NCBI GenBank assembly: GCA_032249155.1
Contig: JAVVGJ010000003.1
Location: forward strand, 1-37,491
DNA length: 37,491 nt
Direction: 5' to 3'
Source of the DNA: Minisyncoccota bacterium
GTDB taxonomy: Bacteria; Patescibacteriota; Minisyncoccia; UBA6257; HR35
Part shown: positions 24,363 to 33,785 of the stretch, in pieces
Numbering within the stretch: the first letter of the stretch is position 1
Layout of the letters: every line of letters begins with the position of its first letter
Program-made: the position numbers and the translations under genes
Notes under the pieces: model-generated
What the model was told of the DNA's origin: nothing
The model's input: only the letters and a program-made list of their open reading frames with translations
The model's database searches: none

Positions 24363-26443
24363 TTTTCTTCTTTAAGTATTTCTTCTAATTCTTCTGGCGA
24401 AATTAAAACTCTTCTTGGTTTAGATCCTTCTTGTGGTCCTACGATTCCTTTTTCTTCCATCAAATCTAAAAGCCTTGCAGCTCGAGCATATCCTATTTTA
24501 AGTTTTCTTTGAAGAAGAGATGTCGAAGCTTTGCCGGTACTGACAACAATCTTTATAGCTTCTTTAAGAAGCTCTTCATCTTCAGCATCTTCAAGGTCAG
24601 GAAGATAACTTTTTTCTATTTCCTCTATAGAAATTTTTTTAATTTCTTCTTCAGTAATTTTTTCCGATTGATTTACCCAAAATTTTACAATTTTATTTAT
24701 TTCTTCTTCGCTTATAAAAGGAGCTTTAACTCTTAAAGGTCTATGAAGATGAGTAGAAATAAAAAGAGCATCACCAGAACCAATAAGTTTTTCTGCTCCT
24801 CCAGTATCTAAAACAGTTCTCGAGTCAACTTGGCTAGCTACCTTAAAACATATCCTGTTGGGTATATTTGCTTTAATTAAACCAGTAACAATATCAACAG
24901 ATGGTCTTTGCGTTGCTAAAACAAGGTGTATGCCTGTAGCTCTTGCCATTTGAGCTAAACGTATAATTATTGTTTCTACAGAAGAACCGTAAGTTACCAT
25001 AAGATCTGCCATCTCGTCAATAACTAAAACTATTCTTGGCATTATTTTTTCTTTTCTTTGAATCTGTTTTTTGTTATAGCTATCTATATCGCGAGAGTTG
25101 GTAGCTTCTAAAATTTTATATCTTTCCTCCATTTCGTTTACCACCCAATTAAAAACTGCTAAAGTCTTCTTTACATCAGTAATAGGATCAAGAAGAAGAT
25201 GAGGAAGAGATTGATAATTTACAAGTTCTACTCTTTTAGGATCAATAAGAATAAGATTTAAAGTTTCTGGCGTATTCTTCATTAAAAAAGAAATAAGCAT
25301 ATTATGAATAAAAATAGACTTTCCTGAACCTGTAGTTCCAGCAATTAAAAGATGGGGCATTTCAGCTAGATCGGCAAAATAAGGTTCGCCGTTTATTTTT
25401 CTTCCTACAGGAAAAAGGAGAAGGTTGTCAGAGTTTAAAAATTCTGGAGTATTCAAAACGTTACCCAATCTAACCACTGCTGATTTTATATTAGGAACTT
25501 CTATTCCTATAACTGCCTTTCCTGGAATAGGAGTTTCCAAAATTAAATTAGGAACACCTAAAGCTAAAGCAATATCATTTTGAAGACTCAAAATTTTAGA
25601 AAGCTTTACTCCTTCTCCTGGTTTTAAAGAAAATCTTGTTACTGCTGGTCCTATTTCTACTCCGACTATTTCTGCTTTTATTTCGAAACTTTCTAATGTT
25701 TTTATAATAATTTCAGAAGTTTTATTAACATCCGGGGCCACAACTTCTTCCTTTCCTTGTTTAAGAAGCTCTAATGAAGGAAGCTCCCATTTGCTTTTTT
25801 GAATTATTTTTCTAAGAGGTAAAGATGGAGTTGGTTTTTCTATTTTTTTCGGTTTTGCTTTAGTTTCAACTTTTAATTCTTGTTTTATTCCTTTAAGCGG
25901 TTCTTCTATTTTTTCTTTTTGTAAAGTTTTTTCTACTTCTTTCTTAGCACTAAAAAATAAAGATTTAAAAAATAAGAAAAATTTTTCTTCTAAAATAAGC
26001 CACAAACCGAAAATTGAAAGAAGAAAATAAAAAAGAAAGCTTCCTAAGGGTCCAAAAATGTAAGCATTAAAATAAAGAAGCTTTCCTAAATAACCACTTT
26101 CTCCAAAAAAATATTCAATATAAAAACCTATAAAAATGAAGATAAAAATTAAACCAAAGGCTCTTTTAAGAATTTGAAACCAAGAAAATTTTTTAAAAAG
26201 AAAAAAAGAAAGAAAGATTAAAAATGGTGGTGAAAAATAAAAAGTCCATCCTAAAAGCTTTTGTAAAAAGACGTATAGTTTATAAGTAATTAATCCCTTA
26301 GGACTTAAAATAGAAAGAGTGAGAATAAAAGATAAAAAAACTAAAAACCAGCCTAAAAAAGGTTTAAAATTTTCTGAATTAATTAGTTGAAAAATTTTTT
26401 CTTCAAGTTTTATCTTATTTTTTTTATTATTTCTTTTCATCAA
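24359..26443 (-). CDS. ftsK: DNA translocase FtsK
   Basis: 694 aa. N-terminal TM helices, a linker, the motor domain with PHLLIAGTTGSGKS and VLVIDEMADL, and a C-terminal gamma winged-helix (STSLLQRKLKIGYARAARLLD). Confidence 0.92.
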   Translation of the reverse strand: MMKRNNKKNKIKLEEKIFQLINSENFKPFLGWFLVFLSFILTLSILSPKGLITYKLYVFLQKLLGWTFYFSPPFLIFLSFFLFKKFSWFQILKRAFGLIFIFIFIGFYIEYFFGESGYLGKLLYFNAYIFGPLGSFLFYFLLSIFGLWLILEEKFFLFFKSLFFSAKKEVEKTLQKEKIEEPLKGIKQELKVETKAKPKKIEKPTPSLPLRKIIQKSKWELPSLELLKQGKEEVVAPDVNKTSEIIIKTLESFEIKAEIVGVEIGPAVTRFSLKPGEGVKLSKILSLQNDIALALGVPNLILETPIPGKAVIGIEVPNIKSAVVRLGNVLNTPEFLNSDNLLLFPVGRKINGEPYFADLAEMPHLLIAGTTGSGKSIFIHNMLISFLMKNTPETLNLILIDPKRVELVNYQSLPHLLLDPITDVKKTLAVFNWVVNEMEERYKILEATNSRDIDSYNKKQIQRKEKIMPRIVLVIDEMADLMVTYGSSVETIIIRLAQMARATGIHLVLATQRPSVDIVTGLIKANIPNRICFKVASQVDSRTVLDTGGAEKLIGSGDALFISTHLHRPLRVKAPFISEEEINKIVKFWVNQSEKITEEEIKKISIEEIEKSYLPDLEDAEDEELLKEAIKIVVSTGKASTSLLQRKLKIGYARAARLLDLMEEKGIVGPQEGSKPRRVLISPEELEEILKEEN

Positions 26444-26461
26444 TTAAAATTATAAAAAACA

Positions 26462-26905
26462 ATGGTTCTTATTCAAAACAAAGATATTTTCCGAAATTAC
26501 GAGATTTTAGAAACATTTGAAGCAGGAATAGAACTTTATGGTTTTGAGGTTAAGTCTATTTTAGTAGGTAAAGGAAGTTTAAAAGGAAGTTATGTCACTT
26601 ATAAAGGAAGAGAACTTTTCTTAGTTAACTTTTATATACCTCCTTATCAAGAAAAAAATGTTTTTAAAGGATATGATCCTTTAAGACCTAGAAGACTTCT
26701 TTTAAAAAAGAAAGAAATTGATTATCTTATTTCTAAAATAAAAACTAAGGGGTTGACTGTTTTGCCGCTGAAGATTTATAATAAAAATAGACTTATAAAA
26801 GTAGAAATTGCTGTGGTCAGGGGTCTTAAAAAATACGAAAAAAGAGAAAAGTTAAAAGAAAAAGAGTTTAGAAGGGTTAAAGAAAGAATCCTCAAAAATT
26901 TTTAA
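26462..26905 (+). CDS. smpB: SsrA-binding protein
   Basis: 147 aa with the typical SmpB pattern (NYEILETFEAGIELYGFEVKSI...) and a basic C-terminal tail. It is directly followed by ssrA. Confidence 0.95.
   Translation: MVLIQNKDIFRNYEILETFEAGIELYGFEVKSILVGKGSLKGSYVTYKGRELFLVNFYIPPYQEKNVFKGYDPLRPRRLLLKKKEIDYLISKIKTKGLTVLPLKIYNKNRLIKVEIAVVRGLKKYEKREKLKEKEFRRVKERILKNF
26753..26782 (+). promoter_or_regulatory. Consensus promoter inside smpB, candidate ssrA promoter
   Basis: TTGACT (26753-26758), an 18-nt spacer, then TATAAT (26777-26782). This lies about 125 nt upstream of the tmRNA 5' end. Confidence 0.5.
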
Positions 26906-27241
26906 GGGGGTGAGAATGGAGGTCGAGGAGGAATAAAGAAATCATTGGAGCTGGCAGGTTGGCAACCTTAACAGCTAAATAAGTGCCAACAGAGTCCCAG
27001 CTTACGCTCTTTCGTAAAGAAGAGCGGCTTCTAAGAAGCTTAGCGGAGGAGCTTCTTAGGGGTTAAAATTTCTCCGCTAGGTTTTAGGTGATGGCTCTAG
27101 CCTAAAACCGAAATTAAAGAGCCTTTGCTTCTCGAAGGTTTGTTTGTTTCCCTTCGAGAAGTCAAATTTAAAAAACAAACTGCGCCAGGAGAGCCAATGA
27201 TTTCTTTTCCTCCGATGGGGGTTCGACTCCCCCCACCTCCA
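26906..27241 (+). ncRNA. ssrA: tmRNA (SsrA)
   Basis: The 5' GGGGGTG pairs with the 3' CACCTCC, including a G3-U70 pair. It has the T-arm GGGGG-TTCGACT-CCCCC and discriminator A. The candidate tag frame GCC AAC AGA GTC CCA GCT TAC GCT CTT TCG TAA (26985-27017) encodes ANRVPAYALS. Confidence 0.9.
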
Positions 27242-27244
27242 CTT

Positions 27245-28888
27245 TTATAAAATTCCTGTTACTCTTTCTACTTCTTCTAAAGTAGTAACTTTCTTTAAAG
27301 CTTTAATAAGGCCATCTTGTTTCATACTTACAAAATTATCCTTGATTTCTAAATATATTTCTTCTTCTGTAGGATTTTTTAAAATCAGGGGTTGAAGTTC
27401 TTCTTCTAAAACAAATAGTTCAAAAATGCCAATTCTTCCTTTATAACCTGTATTAAAACACAAACTGCAACCTAAACCTTTAGCGAGTTTGAAATTATCT
27501 AAATCAAAATCCTTATTTACTCTACTGGGTAAGTTTTGGAGTTCTTTTTTTATTTTTTCTCTAGTTTTTTCGTCAGGCTCATATTCTTCTTTACAATTTT
27601 CACAAATTTTTCTTACAAGTCTTTGAGCGATCACAAGTCTTAACGCTGAAGGAATAAGTTTAGGATCAACTTCTAAGCTTATAAGCCTAGGAATTGCTCC
27701 TAAAGACGAGTTAGTGTGTAAGGTTGAAAGAACAAGGTGTCCTGTCAAAGAAGCCTGAATGGCTGTGTTAGCTGTTTCTTTATCTCTTATCTCACCAACT
27801 AAAATCACATCGGGGTCATGTCTTAAAAAAGCTTTAAGTGCTGAAGCAAAAGTTAAATTTTTCTTTTCGTCTATTTCTACTTGAGTTATCCCTTCAATTC
27901 TGTATTCGATAGGATTTTCAATAGTTATGATCTTTACTTCGGGTCTTTTGAGTTTCATTAAAATAGAATAAAGAGTTGTTGTTTTTCCTGAACCTGTAGG
28001 ACCAGTATTAAGGATCATTCCATTAGGAAGGAAAATGATTTTATTTAAGATTTCATAATCATCTTCTCTAAGCCCTAAATCCTCTAAAGATTTTGTGATT
28101 TTAGAAAAATTTAATATTCTAATAACAAAGGCTTCACCATAACCTGTTGGTAAAGAAGAAACACGAAAATCTATTTTATTTTTTTCAAAATTTACAGAAA
28201 AACTGCCGTCTTGTGGTTTATCAGTGATATTTAAAATCATTCCAGAAATGATTTTTATTCTGTTTTTAATAATCTCATAGTTTTCTTTATCTAAAGAAAT
28301 AACATCATAAAGAAGACCGTCTAAACGATAACGAACTATTACTTTATCTTCATAAGGTTCAAAATGAATATCAGAGGCATCAAATTTTAACCCTCCGGCA
28401 ATAATAGTATCCAATATAAAAAAGGGATTTTCTTTTAAAAGCTCTTGACAAAAATTTTGTAAAAGCTCTTTTCTTGTTATTTCTTTATTTACTTTTTCAA
28501 TCACTTCTTGGCTTAAATCTAAACTTTTAGAAATTTTAAGTTTTTTAAGTCTAATCAAGCTATATTCGTCTAAAGCTTCTAAAAAACTAGAATTAGAAAT
28601 TATACCCCAAACAACTTCCTTTCTTTTTTGTTTTAAATTCTCCATAAAATCTTTAAGACCTGGAAGCAGAGGATCAACAATACCGATAATAATTTTTCTG
28701 CCATCATCTTCTATAGGAATGAGTTTAAATTTTTCAGCTTCTTCTTTAGAAATAGTCTCTAAAGCTGCTGGTTTTGGTTTTAAAAGAGAAAGGTTAAAAT
28801 AAGGAACACCCAATCTCGAAGCTAAAACTTGGGCCAAATATTCTTCTTGCTCTCTTTTTTTTCTTTTTATTTCTTCCCACTCTATCAT
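27245..28888 (-). CDS. pilB: Type IV pilus / type II secretion assembly ATPase (PilB/GspE family)
   Basis: 547 aa from ATG 28888 (the track starts one codon earlier at TTG). It has an N-terminal GSPII-E-type domain, Walker A GPTGSGKTTT, Asp and His boxes, and a CxxC...CxxC tetracysteine motif. Confidence 0.9.
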   Translation of the reverse strand: MIEWEEIKRKKREQEEYLAQVLASRLGVPYFNLSLLKPKPAALETISKEEAEKFKLIPIEDDGRKIIIGIVDPLLPGLKDFMENLKQKRKEVVWGIISNSSFLEALDEYSLIRLKKLKISKSLDLSQEVIEKVNKEITRKELLQNFCQELLKENPFFILDTIIAGGLKFDASDIHFEPYEDKVIVRYRLDGLLYDVISLDKENYEIIKNRIKIISGMILNITDKPQDGSFSVNFEKNKIDFRVSSLPTGYGEAFVIRILNFSKITKSLEDLGLREDDYEILNKIIFLPNGMILNTGPTGSGKTTTLYSILMKLKRPEVKIITIENPIEYRIEGITQVEIDEKKNLTFASALKAFLRHDPDVILVGEIRDKETANTAIQASLTGHLVLSTLHTNSSLGAIPRLISLEVDPKLIPSALRLVIAQRLVRKICENCKEEYEPDEKTREKIKKELQNLPSRVNKDFDLDNFKLAKGLGCSLCFNTGYKGRIGIFELFVLEEELQPLILKNPTEEEIYLEIKDNFVSMKQDGLIKALKKVTTLEEVERVTGIL

Positions 28889-28924
28889 CAAGAATATTAT
28901 AAGATGGTTTAAAATTTAAATTAA

Positions 28925-30955
28925 ATGAAATCTTTTTTCAAACTTCTATTTTTTTTCTTTTTTGTTTTTTCAAGTTTGCTTTTAATTCTTTATTTCTATT
29001 TTTCAAAAGATCTTCCTGAACCTAGCATTTTAGGACAAAAAATAGTCAGTGGCGGCGTAGAAATTTATGATAGAACAGAAACAGTTCTTCTTTACAAAAT
29101 AGGATTTAGAAGAAAATGGGTTGATTATAATGAAATTCCTGACAAAGTTATTAAATCTTTTTTAGTAGCTGAAGATGTTGAATTTTTTAAACATAAAGGT
29201 GTAAGCTTAAGAGGGATTATAAGATCAATATATTTAAATTTAAAAAAAGGAGAATTTTCTTACGGAGGCTCAACGATTACTCAACAGCTTGCAAGAAATC
29301 TTTTTTTAACTAAGGAAAAAACTTTAGGAAGGAAAATTAGAGAGATTATTCTTGCTTGGAAAATTGAAAAAAAATATTCTAAAGAAGAAATTTTAACTTT
29401 TTATTTAAATTCTATTTATTTAGGAGAAGGAAATATTGGTGTTGGGGCCGCTAGTGAGTATTATTTTGATAAAAAAATCCAAAGGGTTTCCTGGTCTGAA
29501 GCTGCTATTTTGGCTAGTATTGCTCGAGCACCAGCTCTTTATGCTCCAACTTCTCCGGAAAATTTAAAAAGATTAAAAGAAAGAAGGGATTTTATTTTGA
29601 AAAAACTTTATGAAAGCGGTTTTCTTTCTTCAATAGAATATGAAAAAGCTTTAAAAGAAGAAATACCTTTAGTTAAAGGAAAGTATGCTGGAATTATTGC
29701 GCCGCATTTTGTTATGGAAGTAATTAACGTTCTTAAAGAAAAATTTCCTAATAAGAATTTAGAGGAGCTTAATCTTAAGGTGGTAACAACTTTAGATTTA
29801 AAGCTTCAAAAAATTGCTGAAGAAACTATCGAAAAAAGAGTAAAAGAAAATAAGGAGAAATATGGAAGTACTAACGGAGCTTTAATGGCTATTAACCCTA
29901 AAACAGGAGAGGTTTTAGCTTTAGTAGGTTCTAAAGATTTTTTTGATGAAACTATTGACGGTCAAGTAAATGTTCCTTTTAGAAAAAGACAACCTGGTTC
30001 AGCTATTAAACCACTTGTTTATTCTGCTCTTTTTGAATTAGGTTATCCTGATAAAACAATAGTTTTTGATGTTCCTACAAATTTTGGAAATTATAAACCT
30101 AAAAATTTTGATGGTAAGTTTAAAGGACCGGTAAATTTAAGACAAGCTTTAGCAGAATCAAGGAATGTTCCCTCTGTAAAGGTTTTTTATCTAGCTATTC
30201 CTGAAAGAGTTATTACTTTAGCTAAAGAAGCTGGTATGGAATATCTTGATGATTGGAAAAAATATGGACTTTCCTTTGGTTTGGGAACAGCAGAAGTAAG
30301 AATGGCTGACCTTATAAGATTTTACGGTGCTTTAGCCAATGATGGCATTTTGGTTTCACAAACTTTAATTTTAAAAATTGTTCAAGAAGGTAAAATTATT
30401 TACGAATATTTCCCTCAAGAAAAAAGAATAATTTCTTCGGAAACAGCTCGTTTGGTAACAGATATTTTAAAAGACAAAGAGGCGAGAAGGGGGCTTTTTC
30501 AAAGAAGTTTTTATCTAACTGATTTTGGTTTCTATGAGGTGGCTTTAAAGACAGGAACAACACAGTTTTATCAAGATGCCTGGACTTTTGGCTATACTAA
30601 AGATTTAGTTGTTGGAGTTTGGACAGGAAATACTAATGGACAAAGACTTAAATCTCAAGCCGCAAGTATTGTCGCTGCTTTACCTATTTTTCATGATTTT
30701 ATGCAAAAACTCATAGATGAAGGCGTTCTTCCAGAAAACAAATTTGATCCGCCAGAAAAAAGAGAAGTAAATAAACCTATGCTAAACGGTGAATGGATAA
30801 CACCTTACGGAATTCATGATATTCTTTTTTATGTAGATCGTTTTGATCCTTTAGGACCTATTCCTTTAAATCCAGAAAAAGATCCGCAATTTTTGCTTTG
30901 GGAAGAGGGTGTTCAAAATTGGCTTAGATCTTTTGGTGAAAATAAAGAATTTTAA
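28925..30955 (+). CDS. Class A penicillin-binding protein (glycosyltransferase + transpeptidase)
   Basis: GT51 motifs EDVEFFKHKG, GGSTITQQLARN and RKIRE. Transpeptidase motifs SAIKP (SxxK), SRN and KTGTT. It has an N-terminal TM anchor. Confidence 0.9.
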   Translation: MKSFFKLLFFFFFVFSSLLLILYFYFSKDLPEPSILGQKIVSGGVEIYDRTETVLLYKIGFRRKWVDYNEIPDKVIKSFLVAEDVEFFKHKGVSLRGIIRSIYLNLKKGEFSYGGSTITQQLARNLFLTKEKTLGRKIREIILAWKIEKKYSKEEILTFYLNSIYLGEGNIGVGAASEYYFDKKIQRVSWSEAAILASIARAPALYAPTSPENLKRLKERRDFILKKLYESGFLSSIEYEKALKEEIPLVKGKYAGIIAPHFVMEVINVLKEKFPNKNLEELNLKVVTTLDLKLQKIAEETIEKRVKENKEKYGSTNGALMAINPKTGEVLALVGSKDFFDETIDGQVNVPFRKRQPGSAIKPLVYSALFELGYPDKTIVFDVPTNFGNYKPKNFDGKFKGPVNLRQALAESRNVPSVKVFYLAIPERVITLAKEAGMEYLDDWKKYGLSFGLGTAEVRMADLIRFYGALANDGILVSQTLILKIVQEGKIIYEYFPQEKRIISSETARLVTDILKDKEARRGLFQRSFYLTDFGFYEVALKTGTTQFYQDAWTFGYTKDLVVGVWTGNTNGQRLKSQAASIVAALPIFHDFMQKLIDEGVLPENKFDPPEKREVNKPMLNGEWITPYGIHDILFYVDRFDPLGPIPLNPEKDPQFLLWEEGVQNWLRSFGENKEF

Positions 30956-31145
30956 AATTAGAAAATTTTCTTTGAAAATCAAGTTTTATTTCTTCTAATT
31001 TATATAAATCAACAGGGTTTAAAAAATGAATTTCGATAACTTTATTTTTTAATTTAATTTTTATTTTTGCTTCCGGAAAATGTTTTTTTAAAAGATAGGC
31101 TAATTCATAAATTTCATTTAGATGAAAATCAAGTCTTTTAAACAT
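30924..31145 (-). CDS. Small hypothetical protein translationally coupled to dnaN (possible truncated DUF721-like)
   Basis: 73 aa. Its ATG overlaps the dnaN TAA as TAATG. The position and the pattern LKNKVIEIHFLNPVDLYKLEEIKLDF weakly resemble DUF721 proteins found near dnaN. Confidence 0.45.
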   Translation of the reverse strand: MFKRLDFHLNEIYELAYLLKKHFPEAKIKIKLKNKVIEIHFLNPVDLYKLEEIKLDFQRKFSNFKILYFHQKI

Positions 31146-32269
31146 TAAAGATGCATAGAAACATAAATAAAGTCCTCATCTAAAGGAGAGCTAAGATAAA
31201 GAGGAAAAGATTCTTCTCCTGCAGAAAAAAAGCTTAAAAATACTTTTTCAGAATCATAAACGCTAAAACCATCGAAAAAGAAATCTAAGTTAAACTTAAT
31301 TTTAAATTCATCTCCTCCGTAACTATTTTCTTTAATTTCGAAATCGACTTCATTTTTTGCTTCGCCTAAAAGTTCATTTTTTGAAATAAGATAAATTTTA
31401 TTTTCTTTAAAATCAAAAATTACATCAAGTTCTTTTAAATCAGTTGTATAAACCTTATTAAGTTTTAAAGCTTTTAATATTTCTTCTGTATTTACTTCTA
31501 AAGTAAAAAGAAAGCTTGTTGGTTCGACAAAATCTTTATAATTTGGATAATCTAATGATAGAATCTTAGTGGTTAAAAGATGGTTCCCTATTTCAAAAGA
31601 AACTTGGTTCTCCTCGAAATAAATTCTTAATTTTCCTGTTTTCTTCTTAATGTTTGTATATTCTTTAATAATTCTTTGAGGTAAAAGAACTTTAATTTCG
31701 CTTATATTTGTTTCGTAAAAAACAGGTTTTATTTTTTTTACTCCTAATCTAAAAGAATCTGTGGAAACTAAACTAAGTCCGTTTTCAGACAAGTCAAAAT
31801 AAATTCCTGAATATTCAGGTCTTATATCAGAAGTTTTCAAAATTGGTTTTAGTTTTTCAACAACATCTAAAAAAATTTCGTTATCTATTTCAAAAAAGTT
31901 ATCTTTAGTAACTGGTGAAAAAGTTGGGTAATCTTCTTGAATAAGTCCTGGTAAATTAAGAAAGAATTTTTTTCCTCTAATGTAAAGAGTATCATCTTTT
32001 GTTTCTAAAGTAATATCTTCTTCATAAAGGTTATCTACAATGTTTTCGAATTGTTTAGCTGGAATAAGAATTTTTCCTTCCTTTTCAATTCTTACAGGAA
32101 ATTTTGTTTGATAGTTGATTTCTAAGTCTGTGGCAGCAATAAAACATTCACCATCTTTAGCTTCAAGATAAAAATAGTTGAGAATATTGATATCTGTCTT
32201 TTTTGGACAAACACTTCTTACTACTTGTATTATTTCTTTTAATTTTTCTTTTGAAATAGTAATAATCAT
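31145..32269 (-). CDS. dnaN: DNA polymerase III beta sliding clamp
   Basis: 374 aa. Typical N-terminus (ISKEKLKEIIQVVRSV...INILNYFYLEA...IAATDLEI), a three-domain length, and a position downstream of dnaA. Confidence 0.9.
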   Translation of the reverse strand: MIITISKEKLKEIIQVVRSVCPKKTDINILNYFYLEAKDGECFIAATDLEINYQTKFPVRIEKEGKILIPAKQFENIVDNLYEEDITLETKDDTLYIRGKKFFLNLPGLIQEDYPTFSPVTKDNFFEIDNEIFLDVVEKLKPILKTSDIRPEYSGIYFDLSENGLSLVSTDSFRLGVKKIKPVFYETNISEIKVLLPQRIIKEYTNIKKKTGKLRIYFEENQVSFEIGNHLLTTKILSLDYPNYKDFVEPTSFLFTLEVNTEEILKALKLNKVYTTDLKELDVIFDFKENKIYLISKNELLGEAKNEVDFEIKENSYGGDEFKIKFNLDFFFDGFSVYDSEKVFLSFFSAGEESFPLYLSSPLDEDFIYVSMHL

Positions 32270-32363
32270 ATTAGTAATCTTAAAAATGTTAATTCTTTTT
32301 AAATTTTATCTAAAATTTTAATTAAAAACATTTTGTTTTTATTTAAAAAAAGTGTAAAAATTG

Positions 32364-33734
32364 TTAACTTTCTAAAAGTTTTGCTTTAATAATTTCTATT
32401 TCTTTTTTAAGCTCTTCGTTTTTATTCAACTCTTCCACAGTTTTTTCATAAAGATAAATAGCAGTCGTATGATCTTTTTTTAAAATTTCCGCAATTGATG
32501 TATAAGAAAGTTGACTATATTCTCTCAAAAAATAAACTAAAAGCTTTCTGATTTGTGTAAGATGTTTATTCCTTAATTTTTTGAAAAGTTCTTCTTCTTT
32601 TATTTCATAATGAGAAGTGATAACTCTGATAACTTTTTTAGGGGTAACCTTTTTATAATAATCTTTTGAAAATCTTTTAACAATCTCTTTAACAGTTTCT
32701 AAACTTATTTTTTCTATAAATTGACTCTCGAAATAGATAGCAGTTAAAATTCCTTCAAGTTCTCTAATGTTATTCACAAATTTTTCAGCAATAAATTCAT
32801 AAATTTCTTCACTAAGTTCTAAACCTTTTTCTTGAGCTTTCATTTTCAAAATAGCCACTCTTGTTTCAAAATCAGGAGGATTAATATCGATAACTAAACC
32901 ACCTTCAAATCTTGATCTTAGTCTTGCTTCTATATCTTGAATAAGAGAAGGTGGTCTATCTGATGAGAAAATAATTTGTTTAGAAAGATTATAAAGATAA
33001 TTAAAAGTATGAAAAAGTTCTTCTTGAGTGCTGATTTTGCCAGAGAGAAAATGAATATCATCTAAGATAAGAACATCAACATCTCGAAATCTTAATCTAA
33101 ATTCTTCTGTAGAATGATTTTTAATAGAATTTATAAAAAGATTGGTAAACTCTTCTGTCGTGAGGTACTTAACTTTAAGATTTTTAAAGTTTTTACAAAT
33201 TTCATTGCCTGTAGCCTGAAGAAGATGAGTTTTTCCAACACCTACAGGACCATAAATAAAAAGAGGATTATGTAAGCCACCCGGATTTTTGCTTACCGCT
33301 TGACAAGCAGCAAAAGCAAGTTCATTTGTCTTACCAACAACAAAATTATCAAACCTATAACGAGGATTTAAGTTTGTTTGAGGATTAGTTTCAAAAATAG
33401 AAAGCTTTGGGGTTTTTAAAGCTAAGGTTTGAAGCCTTTTAATAACTGTTTTTCTTGAAGAAATAGCTATTTTTTCCTGAGAATTTTCAACTATTATTTC
33501 AATATTTTTAACCTCAGGAAATTTATTTTTAATAATTTTAAAAACAAGAGGTAAATAGTTTTTTTCGATCCAATTTTTGATAAATTTACTAGGAACAGAA
33601 ATTTTTAAAGAACTATGTATATAAGTTTTTGGCAGGAATTCGTTAAACCAAATGTTAAAACTTTTTTCTCCTACAGAATTTTTGATTTCTTCTAGAATTT
33701 CTTTCCAAAGAGATTCAAAAGTTTCTAAGGTCAT
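32364..33734 (-). CDS. dnaA: Chromosomal replication initiator DnaA
   Basis: 456 aa. Walker A GPVGVGKTHLLQA, Walker B ILDDIHFL, sensor motifs, and C-terminal domain IV (KDHTTAIYLYEK). Confidence 0.95.
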   Translation of the reverse strand: MTLETFESLWKEILEEIKNSVGEKSFNIWFNEFLPKTYIHSSLKISVPSKFIKNWIEKNYLPLVFKIIKNKFPEVKNIEIIVENSQEKIAISSRKTVIKRLQTLALKTPKLSIFETNPQTNLNPRYRFDNFVVGKTNELAFAACQAVSKNPGGLHNPLFIYGPVGVGKTHLLQATGNEICKNFKNLKVKYLTTEEFTNLFINSIKNHSTEEFRLRFRDVDVLILDDIHFLSGKISTQEELFHTFNYLYNLSKQIIFSSDRPPSLIQDIEARLRSRFEGGLVIDINPPDFETRVAILKMKAQEKGLELSEEIYEFIAEKFVNNIRELEGILTAIYFESQFIEKISLETVKEIVKRFSKDYYKKVTPKKVIRVITSHYEIKEEELFKKLRNKHLTQIRKLLVYFLREYSQLSYTSIAEILKKDHTTAIYLYEKTVEELNKNEELKKEIEIIKAKLLES

Positions 33735-33746
33735 TTCTTATCTTGT

Positions 33747-33775
33747 ATTATAATATAAAGTGTAAAAGAGTTCAA
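33747..33775 (-). promoter_or_regulatory. Candidate dnaA promoter
   Basis: The minus strand reads TTGAAC (33775-33770), a 17-nt spacer, then TATAAT (33752-33747). Only 12 nt separate the -10 from the dnaA ATG. Confidence 0.5.
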
Positions 33776-33785
33776 GAGATAAAAA

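Noticed and set aside
32270-33785. Canonical DnaA boxes (TTATCCACA / TGTGGATAA) in the dnaA-flanking spacers.
   Set aside because: None was found at 8-9 of 9 matches. There are only weak partial matches (for example TTATCTAAA and AGTGTAAAA), so no oriC feature was called.
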